From positions 1 to 29,712 of the forward strand of contig CDMY01000693.1 of NCBI GenBank assembly GCA_001179505.1: DNA of 29,712 bases, written 5' to 3'. The stretch comes from Vitrella brassicaformis CCMP3155 (Eukaryota; Protista; Chromerida). Below the pieces are notes generated by a model, which saw only the letters and a list, made by a program, of their open reading frames with translations, had not been told where the DNA came from and did not search any database. The translations under genes were made by a program, and so were the position numbers. Position 1 is the stretch's first letter; each line of letters opens with the position of its first letter. Shown one piece after another: positions 8,025 through 18,011 of this stretch.

Positions 8025-11000
8025 ATGGCAGCTTCATCAGCAGCGTCAGCCTCAGCCATGAACAGCGAAGAGCAGACAGCCAGGTGGGTATGACGGCAGC
8101 AGACGGAACGGGAGAAATGCACATATTGCTGGGAGACATCCACATGCATTGCATTCCTTTCTCCGTGTGTTTGGCTGGTGGTTGGTTGTGTTGGGTTGAC
8201 AGGGAGGTGTTGGAGCCTTTGTGCGCGTATGAGGAGGAGGTGCACGACCTGGACAAGATCCGCGAGGGCCTCCACCTCCCCGCCATGCCGCACGTCTCAT
8301 GGCCACCCGTCCCCGTACCCCCACCCGCACCACTGCCGCAACCCAACGGCACAGCACCAGCGGCAGCAGCAGCAGCAGCATCGGCAACAGAACCCCACCC
8401 CACCGACATGGTGTGTCCGCCCGACAGCGCGAGCGACAGCATCGGCAGCCCCACCGAGAACGGCGAGACTAGCCTGATGTTCCTGCCGTCGGGCAAGGCC
8501 TCCCTGTTCCCCTCCAACTTCGTCACGCATGAGGAGCGGCAGCAGCTGGAGCAGCAGTATGCGCGGGGTGCGGCCGGCCAGGCCTTGTTGGAGCGGTGTG
8601 GTGGTCTGGGGAAGGAGGTGTACCCGAGTTTGCCGCTGTTTGGTGCGGGGGGGATGGGCCAGTTCGGGCACTGGGACTGGACGAGCGTCCCCATGGCTGT
8701 GTCGGAGACCAAGAGGGAGTGGGAGAAACGAGAGGCGATGCTCAGAGAGGCCATGGCCAAGGTGAGAGAGGGGGGAGAGGGAGAGGGGTGGTGTGGTTGC
8801 CATGTGTGTTGTGTGTGTGGTGTGGTGTGGTGTGTTGTGGTGTCAGAATCGGAAGCAGCCGTTGTCTGACACGGTCAAGAGCATCCTGCAGACCATCATA
8901 GGCGAGATCGCCACCAGCATCCGAAAGAACACACTCAAGGACTGTAGGCACACCACACCCAACACACCCACAACACAACACACCACTCGCCCACGCACCC
9001 CATGAGCACAGCACATCTATGTGTGTTGCAGGGAAGGAGTGGCACGGTCAGTTCCCCGACGCCCTTCGGCTGCCCGAGTGGCACCAGAGGGTCGACTACG
9101 TCATCCGCAGACTCACTGGCAGAGGTGGGCACAGCCCAACATACACCAACAAAATACATAAGCAACACAACACAACACACACAGAATTCTCTTCACGCAA
9201 TCTTGCTCTCCCCTGTGTGTGTGTGTTGGTATGTATATGTCTGTGCAGATGGCATAGCCCCCGACGCAAATTTGCTGGATGTGTCGTCTGAGATGCAGTT
9301 CATCAACAAGTGGCTGGTCGAACAGCGGGTGGGGGCCTCCAAGGACCCGTCCAAGACCAACAAAGACGCCAACGAACCACCCACAAACACACAAGGTGGG
9401 TGGCCCACAGGGAGAGAGAGAGAGAGACAATGACACCTGAGTACCACACACCGATTACACGTGTGCATGGTGAATGTCCTCTGTCTGTCACCCAGGTGCC
9501 CCGCCCGGCCCCAGTAGTTTCCCCGCACTCAACAGCACCACCACCAACATCCAGCCGCCCTCAGCGTCGTCCAGCAGCGACATGCCGCCCCCCGCACCCG
9601 TCGGCCCCGCACCCCCCTCCCGCATGAACGGCGTGCCCGCCACCGACACACAAAGCAGAAGCAGCGTCGACAACAAGAGCGCGGATGGTGGCGCTAGTGG
9701 TAGCGGTGCCAGTGGTGATGGTGAGGGCGAGGAGGAGGCTGTGGAGATCGACATGTCGCCGTTTCGCCGGTGGGACTCCCAGCGGCACCACTACCTCGAC
9801 CACGATGCGCACAAGCCCACACTGCACATGATAGTCGTCCGGGACATACTCAGCGGGCCCAAGGGGCTGGGAGTGGGCCATGCCGTCTTCGTAAGCAAAC
9901 AGCACAACGAACGGGGTGTGGATGGATGTGATTTGGAACGAGATATCTCTCTCCGTGTGTGTGTGTGTGTGTTGGGGGGTGGGGGTGGGGGTGTCAGTTC
10001 GAGAGGCGTCCTCAGGCCAAGTGGAACGACAATGACAAACTCATACTCGAAGTTGGCAGACGGTGCGCTNNNNNNNNNNNNNNNNNNNNNNNNNNNNNNN
10101 NNNNNNNNNNNNNNNNNNNNNNNNNNNNNNNNNNNNNNNNNNNNNNNNNNNNNNNNNNNNNNNNNNNNNNNNNNNNNNNNNNNNNNNNNNNNNNNNNNNN
10201 NNNNNNNNNNNNNNNNNNNNNNNNNNNNNNNNNNNNNNNNNNNNNNNNNNNNNNNNNNNNNNNNNNNNNNNNNNNNNNNNNNNNNNNNNNNNNNNNNNNN
10301 NNNNNNNNNNNNNNNNNNNNNNNNNNNNNNNNNNNNNNNNNNNNNNNNNNNNNNNNNNNNNNNNNNNNNTCCCCCCCCCCCCGCCACACACACACAGCCA
10401 TACCCACACACAGCACAACACACCGAATGAGGGGTTATCCATGGCTGTGTTGTGTGTATGTTGCGTCTGTGTGGACGGATGTGTGTGTGTGTGTCAGTGT
10501 GCATTCGAAGAGGGAGAACGACGGCTACGGGTGGGAGATCATCAGCAAACGCGGCAGCTTCCACCACGTAAACAAACGGACAACGGACGCACACACAGAC
10601 AGACAGACAGACAGACGGTGGGGTGGAGGGAGCGATGCAGGGCAGGGCAGGGATATGATCAGACAGACCAAAAAGCCTCCGTCTAGGTCATGTCTTATGT
10701 CATTATGTATGTCATCCTGCCTGGCCTGCAGACGTTTTACCTGTTCACGAGGATGGTCAAGACGCGCAAGCACATGCAGGACCTCGCAAACGACCTCGCC
10801 GACAAGATGAGCTACCTGTTCTCGTAAGAAAGACACAAAGCAAGCAACCACACCACACCACACGGCCTTGAGTCTGTCTGTCTGCATGAGATGAGATGAG
10901 ATGCGCATCTGTCTGTCTGTCTGTCTGTGTGTCCACGTGTGTAAATCATCAATCAGGAAGGGTGTGATGCACGGCAAGTCCTATGGCAAGGACGTGTCGG

Positions 11001-11107
11001 TGCCCGGCCTCCCGCCCAGCCTCCCCATCTCGGAGCTGGTGCGACGACTCATCAAGTTCGACGACAACAGCCCACTGGTCAGCCAGTCACCCACCCACCC
11101 ACCCACA

Positions 11108-11146
<39 letters not shown>

Positions 11147-11317
11147 GGACAAGGGCGTGTGTGCTCATCTCTCTCTGTCTCCGTATGTGTGTGTGTGCAG
11201 AAGCGTTTTTTTCACCGTCACTGTCGTCCGAAGGAGTACATATTTTGGGAGCAGCAGGTGCCCGAGATGCCCGACATAGTCAGGGGCACATCCAAGTACA
11301 ACGTGCCACCACGATAG
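8025..11317 (+). CDS. Uncharacterised 11-exon protein (~600 aa). Exons 8025-8083, 8203-8761, 8847-8943, 9032-9124, 9249-9395, 9496-9890, 9998-10062, 10498-10567, 10732-10823, 10957-11077, 11201-11317
   Basis: All ten introns are GT-AG, and phases join into one open frame ending KYNVPPR*. Globular-looking blocks alternate with Pro/Ser linkers. I do not recognise the family. Confidence 0.8.
10070..10369. other. Assembly gap (300 N), intronic
   Basis: N run followed by poly-C; flanking exon phases match. Confidence 0.99.
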
Positions 11318-11694
11318 ACAGACAGACAGATAGACAGATAGGCAGACAGACAGACAGACAGGTAGAGAGGCGCCCGGGTGGCTGGCTGGGGGGCTTGCTG
11401 GGCTGGGGTGATTGGGGGAGATTTGGCTGGGGTGGGTGGGTGTGTCTAGGAGGGAGGGGGGAGCGGGGGCGGGGAGGGGCAGATGATGCTGTACATACAC
11501 ACAACGGACGGCGGCCTAAGCGAGACAAGGGAGATGCGGCGGGCAGTAGCTAGCTAGCTAGCTCACTCCTCCTACAGAGAATTGTCCATCCACTCCATTC
11601 TCACCCTTCTACCATCTCATCTACTGACTCTACTCATGCTGCGGACACGCACCATCCCCTCATTCTTGGTCATGCCTTTCCTCGATCACCTTCC

Positions 11695-12221
11695 ATGTCC
11701 GTCGTCGACGAAGTGCTTGACTGTGACGAGCTGACAGTCAGAGTGCCACGTCGGTGGAGACAGCGCGAAAGAGGTCGGGACAGGCAGGAGACCGCAACCG
11801 ATGCACACACACACAGTGCAGGGCAGGCAGGGCCTCTCACAGCGATAGTGCATCTGTACTCGCCTTGTCTTGTGGGATGGATGGATGGACATGAGGGAGG
11901 GACTGGCTCAGGAATGTGAGTGTGCGCTGCTACCGGTGTTGCCAGTGTCTGATCTGGGTGGCGTTGGCGCCTGCCGTGGCTCCAGATGGAAGTCATGATA
12001 GGTTCCGACGCTGCCGAGGTCGAGCAGCGGCAGCATTGGCGGATGGAGGGTAGCACAAAGAGAGAGAGGGACAGAAAGGAATGCAGCGCAGCGATCGCCA
12101 CTGAGAAGAAGAGACGGGAGGCGGAGAGCAGAGAGGCGGGGGCAGACAGGTGAGTGTGTTTTGTGGTTGTTATAACCATAGCTGGCTGGATCGACCGGAG
12201 GGCACATTAGATCTAGGATAG
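11695..12221 (+). CDS. Possible small charged protein (~100 aa). Exons 11695-11773, 11896-11915, 11986-12149, 12182-12221
   Basis: Phase-consistent model with two strong GTGAGT donors (11916, 12150), but it needs a 20-nt exon and a 32-nt intron, and I recognise no homology. Confidence 0.3.
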
Positions 12222-13254
12222 GAAGGGCACGGCCTGCCTCGTTTTACATCCATGTGTGTGTCGCTGTCTCTCTCTCTATCTCTGTGTGTGTGTGTGTGTA
12301 TGAGTGGTCGGCCATGTGGCCGCACACGCAATGCGATCGATGCCATGAACAAAGGTGGTGTGTAGACTTGCGTGTGCAGAGAGACCTCACAAACAAATGA
12401 ACGAACGGGTGGACGGCTGTGGTTCAATAAGTCTCCGTCCGGCCATTCCACAAATGAGAAATGTTCTCGCGTCTGTCTGTCTGTCTGTCAGTCTGCGGAG
12501 CCAATTGCTCCCTCCCCGATGCAGGGCACATCCATCCATCCACACGCACGCAGACACACTCAAGTGTCTGTCTAATTGTCCTCAGTTGGCTGTACAGCGC
12601 ACACACCCATCGCGGCCACGTGACCTCATTGTGCACCGAAAAACCACACACCACCTTCGCAAGTATATCTCTCCCCCCCCATCCCCCTGTGCGCAAAACA
12701 GACCGATTGATTATGCATGACGCCGTCAATGGCATTCACGAAACTCTCTCTGTCTGGCCGGCGCTGCGCAGTCGACGATTGCCACCCCCAGGTGACATCG
12801 AGAACAACGACGATAGCTCATCATCGTGTGTCGATAGACACGATGAGCAGCTGCCATCGGAGTCATAGACGGCATTTGGGATCGGCGACCACCATCGAAA
12901 CGGCCAAGGCCGTGCACACGAAAGAAATGCCAGCCAAGGTGGATGCCCACATCCGTCTCTCTCTGTCTGTCTGTGCATCCATGTGTGTGGTGGCTTGCCG
13001 TCCTGTCGGTTGATTCTCTGCGCCCCGTGGGCAACGTCACACCCTCGAGCACCGATGTGGCACAAGGAAGTCGCGTTCCAAACGAGGAAGAGATCCAATC
13101 GGCATGACGGCAGCAACAGAACGACACGATTGATTATCTCTCTCAAATGAATGAAATACTCTCTGTACTGTCCTGTACACCCCACTGAGACAGATAGACA
13201 GACATACGCACAAAATATCCCCGGGAAGGTCCGGGCCGTCAGGTGGTCAGTCAG

Positions 13255-14701
13255 TCAGGTGAGGCCCTGCTCCGTCGCCAGGGCCAGCACGGGTGCCGAG
13301 ACGGTGTCGAGGTGAGTGGCGACGTAAGTGGCAATGCCGGCCATGTAGCCCAGGAAGGCCGGGCCGGTGATCCTCCTGGCGTACCACACAAAATCGACTT
13401 TCTCCTGGCCCATGTACGCCACACCTACACACACACACGCGCAAAACACACAATGAGACAGACACCTCAACAAAGATGTGGCGCACGTGTGTGGACGGAG
13501 CGTACCAGCAGCGCTGCCGATGATGAGAAGAGACCCCCCCGTGCCGGCGCAGTAGGCGATGAGTTCCCACAGCTGGCTGTCAGTCGGATACTGCGACAAG
13601 TCATACATTCCCATCGTCGCAGCCTGCACACACAACACAACACAATACAACACACGAAATCCATGACAACACACACCACCTCTCTCCCTCTCCCTCTCCC
13701 TCTCTCTTAGCTATGGGTGCGTACCACGAGCGGCACATTGTCGATGACGGCCGACACGATGCCGATAGCCGTGGCGAGGACGTCCTGGTTGGGCAGCGTT
13801 CTGGTCAGCCAGTCGGCCAGCTCCTGCAGGATGCCCGCCGAGTTGAGTGCCGAGACCGACAGGAGGATGCCGAGAAAGAACAGTATGCCGGCGTGGTCGA
13901 TCTGCTGGAGGGCCTTGTCGGGTGTGGGGTTCTCCTTGAGGGGCTTGCCGGCATTGAGGATGTCCGTGATCAGCCACATCATCGCCAACGCACCCATCAT
14001 GCCCAGATAGGGCGGCAGACCTGTCAGCTGCACAGCACAGAGGGAGAGAGAGGGGGGGGGGNNNNNNNNNNNNNNNNNNNNNNNNNNNNNNNNNNNNNNN
14101 NNNNNNNNNNNNNNNNNNNNNNNNNNNNNNNNNNNNNNNNNNNNNNNNNNNNNNNNNNNNNNNNNNNNNNNNNNNNNNNNNNNNNNNNNNNNNNNNNNNN
14201 NNNNNNNNNNNNNNNNNNNNNNNNNNNNNNNNNNNNNNNNNNNNNNNNNNNNNNNNNNNNNNNNNNNNNNNNNNNNNNNNNNNNNNNNNNNNNNNNNNNN
14301 NNNNNNNNNNNNNNNNNNNNNNNNNNNNNNNNNNNNNNNNNNNNNNNNNNNNNNNNNNNNNGAGAGAGGGGGGGGGGAGGGGGGGAAGCAAATCGCTTTG
14401 GTGTGTTTGTTTGGGGTGGGGTGTAGTTACCTGTTTGAAAAGGGGTACAGACAGGATGCCGGAAAGGCCAGCAGAGAGAATGAAGGTGCTCCTCTGACTC
14501 GCCATGTCACTCTGAGCGATCGACAGACACGCACAAACCCACCAGAAGTGAGTGACCACACACACTCTGGTTTGTTTGTTTGGTTGCCCACAGTACCATG
14601 GTGGGTTTCCTCTCCATGGGCTCGATCTCCTTGACTTGCGGCAGCAGGGCCAACACAGCCACTATCAGCGACACTGCAGACGGCAGAAACAGATCCTGAC
14701 A

Positions 14702-14740
<39 letters not shown>

Positions 14741-14967
14741 GAACGATGTGTCTCTTTCTCAGCCATTATTTGCCGGTGTTTGAGCCTGACTTTGATGATG
14801 TTGGGTCCTGTGAGTTGTCCGCCGATCCATAGCATGGTGGTGGTGACGTCACCGATGGGCGTCCAGGCGCCCCCCGCATTGGCCGCAATCACCACCATGG
14901 CACCGAACAGCTTGCGGTTGAAGTCATCGGTTACCAGACGCTGCACACAACACACACAACACACACA

Positions 14968-15000
<33 letters not shown>

Positions 15001-16171
15001 CACACGCTTTCAGTGGGGATGGGTGGAGAGATGGAGAGAGCGTGTGTGTGTTGTGTTGTACCCGTAGCAGTGTGACCATGATGATGGTAGTGGTGAGGTT
15101 GTCGAGTACGGCCGACATGAAGAAGGTCACGATGCCCAGCACCACCATCAGCTGACGCTGGCTCCTCGCCGTTATCTTCTCACTTATCACGTCAAAACCC
15201 TTGTGCAGACAGACAGACAGACAGACACACATCCATCCATCCATCCATCAACCCACCTCTTCATCGCTCCCTGCCAAACCTCCCTCCCACCTTGTAAGCC
15301 GACACGACCTCGACAAGCGTGGTGGCACCAATGAGGAAGAAGATCACCTGCGACACCTCGGCCAGCTGCTCATTGAGCCTCTCGGCCACCATCCCAGGAT
15401 CCCCACTGACATGGCCGTACAGCGCCCACACGACCGTGGCCATCATCAGGGCCACGCCCGACTTGTTGCAGTCGACGAGCTCCTCAAAGATGATGCCCAT
15501 GTACCCCAGGATGAAGGCCACTATCATCACCATGTCGCCGTGCTCCGCGAAGTACGGCACCTGCAGCAGCCCCGCTGACACGCCCAGGATCCCCGCGCCG
15601 AGGAGCGTCGTCCTGCACACATACCATACACCCATAAGCAGAGGGAGGGCATGTGTGACGATCTCCCATGTATAGCTCACTTGGCAGCGTCGCTGTCAAG
15701 CCCCGGGATGAGGCTCGCCCCACCAGCCCCCGCCGAGTCCACTGCTGTCGACGAGATTTCCTGCTCGCTGGCGTACTCCATCCGCCCGCCCGGATAGCCA
15801 TTCACGTCCAAACCCCGCGCATCACTATCACCACCACCAGCAGCGACATCTTCGACTTTCGTCGCGACGGGCTGAGCCTCAGCTGCAGATGGCCCCTGCT
15901 TCTCCGCCGTCATCCATTGCCGCGAGGGCGAAGCCGCCCGGACCTTGGGCAGGGTGCTCCGCCTCACAGATGACACCACCACCGGATTGACGAAGGCCTC
16001 TGGCGGCGCTGGCTGCATCGACTGCATCCGCCTCCTGAATGGCCTCCTCCGGTGATAGGACGCGTCAAGGCCGTCCGCGACGAGGCCGAAGAGGGCAATA
16101 GCAATGAGAAGAGTGGGAGCACGGAAGATCTTTGAGCGGCGCCTTCGCTCAGGCGCCGAAGAGGGCCTCAT
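13255..16171 (-). CDS. nhaD: NhaD-type Na+/H+ antiporter (plant NHD1-like) with a probable bipartite plastid presequence. Exons 16171-15681, 15612-15291, 15199-15062, 14940-14791, 14695-14597, 14511-14431, 14027-13725, 13623-13506, 13424-13255
   Basis: NhaD motifs: GYMGIIFEE...NKSGVAL, SAVLDNLTTTII, AANAGGAWTPIGDVTTTMLW, LFKQLTGLPPYLG, SAVIDNVPLVAATMGMY, AYCAGTGGSLLIIGSAAGVA. All phases join. An upstream in-frame start at 16237 is possible. Confidence 0.95.
14062..14361. other. Assembly gap (300 N), intronic in nhaD
   Basis: GA/poly-G on both flanks; the protein is continuous across it (LFKQ|LTGLPP). Confidence 0.99.
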
Positions 16172-16350
16172 TGCCGGACCACAAGAAGAGTCGTCTGGCA
16201 AAGATGAATCGAATAACCCCGCCGTGCTGCGCGTCATCGTGGCCTCACGCCAGCCTCACACACACGAAGGCACTGCTTTCTCCCTCAACTCAAAGCATAG
16301 CTCGCCCATTTCAGCTCGCAATTGGAGGAGTGGCACACAGAGAGGAGAGG
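16172..16350. promoter_or_regulatory. Putative bidirectional promoter between nhaD and the HVA22 gene
   Basis: Only 179 nt separate the divergent ATGs. This is inferred from geometry; I identified no motif. Confidence 0.5.
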
Positions 16351-17389
16351 ATGGGGTCGAAGAAGGCGGGTGATCCGCCGTCCCAGCAGCAGGGCGGTCA
16401 GGCGGTGATGAAGCCGATAAGGGACTTCTGCGACCAGATAGACCTCAAGATGAGCAAGAACCAGCAGCTGGCCTCCCTCTGCAACCAAATAGGCGTCAGG
16501 CCACACGTCATCGTACTCACCGCATGCGGCGCACTGCTCGCATTCCTCCTATTCGGCATCGGCGGCAACATCATCTGGTCGGTCTGACACAGAGGCACGT
16601 GTTGCATATTCCTGCAGGGCGTGGTCTCCTGTGTGTGTGTGTTGTTGTTGTTGGTTGCAAAATCCAGCAACGCGGTTGGGTTTGTGTATCCGGCGTGGCA
16701 GTCATTCAAGGCCATCGAGAGCGACAAAAAGGATGACGACAAACTATGGTATGTCTGATGCGTCGGCGGGCGGGCGGGGGGGCGGGTGCAGAGAGGGGGG
16801 ATGGGCGGACGGATTGGTCTGGATCATTCCGCTGGGCTGTCCTTGTGCGTCTTGTTGTGATGCCATGATGCCATGTGTGTTCCCGCAGGTTGACGTATTG
16901 GGTGGTGTATGGGTTCTTCAGCGTGATAGAGGTGTTTGCCGACTACATACTGTTTTGGGTGCCCTTCTACTGGATGATGAAACTCGGGTTCCTCGTCTGG
17001 CTCTTCCTCCCACAGACCCAAGTGATGAGCTGACTGACCAAGGAAGGGGCGGGTTGAGGGACGTGTGGGTATGCTTGTGTGTGCCTGGGTGTGGTGTGCG
17101 TTTGTGCCTGCCTGCCTGCATTCCGTCAGGGGTCGATTCACATGTACAACAACCTGGTCAAGCCCATCCTCACACAGAACCAGGGCAAAATCGAACAGTG
17201 GGTGGAACTCACCAAACACACACGCCGACGCACACTGACCGGTCCATCCATCCATCCATCCATGTGTGTTGTGTGTGTATCAGGACGATGAGCAAGGTGA
17301 CCGGGTCGGCGGGACAGTTCCTCAACGAGGCGCAGAATATGGCCGGACACCTCAGCTCACTCGCAGCTGGGGCAACCAAGTCAGACTAG
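16351..17389 (+). CDS. HVA22: HVA22/TB2/DP1 (Yop1/REEP5-like) ER-shaping membrane protein. Exons 16351-16577, 16668-16748, 16889-17021, 17130-17197, 17284-17389
   Basis: Family signature [38 protein letters not shown]...[37 protein letters not shown]. Phases are consistent. Confidence 0.95.
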
Positions 17390-18011
17390 GCATACCTACC
17401 ATCCACACACACATGCCTATGCGTGACACACAACACACACTCGGACAGCGACATCTGTAGCCGACTGCTGACCGACCGACAGCAGACCGACCGACCGAAT
17501 GTTTGTGCGCGTCGCGTGTTGTTTGTTGTAACTAACGGTGGTGTGGTGTGGTGAGTGCGTGGTGCACCGGTGTGTGGGCTGGCAGTTTTGCTCGCCTCTT
17601 TTGTAGGTCTATCTGCGTCTGTCTTTGTGAATGAACGAGTGAGTGGCTGGCTGGCTGGGTGGTCCATGGTGTGGGTGAGAGGAGGAGGGCCGATACGTGA
17701 CCTTTCCCCGGACGGATACCCATTGCGGATTGTGGTGTATGAATGTGTGTGTGTGTGTGACATGCTCGAATGCACTCGTGTTTGTGTGTGTGTCGTCTGA
17801 CTTTTGTGTGTGTGGCTGGCTGACTTGATGCCTCGTTATGGCTGGCTTGGCTGCATGGCGCGTCAACGAAACTTGGTGTACTGCTGGAGAACATAATGTC
17901 ACCTTCACCCCTCCGTGTATCGTTCCGAGTCCTAAGCTTGCCAACTCGAACTGTGAACAGCTGTGACAATCCCTCCATTCCGATGCAGCCGGCCATGAGA
18001 CCAGGACGGTG

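Noticed and set aside
11548-11563. (TAGC)n self-complementary repeat after the 11-exon gene
   Set aside because: An ordinary tetranucleotide microsatellite, like the many (ACAG)n, (GGAT)n and (GGCT)n tracts here.
12400-13200. ORFs on both strands between the small gene and the nhaD 3' end
   Set aside because: No phase-consistent splice model or homology; probably UTR/intergenic sequence.
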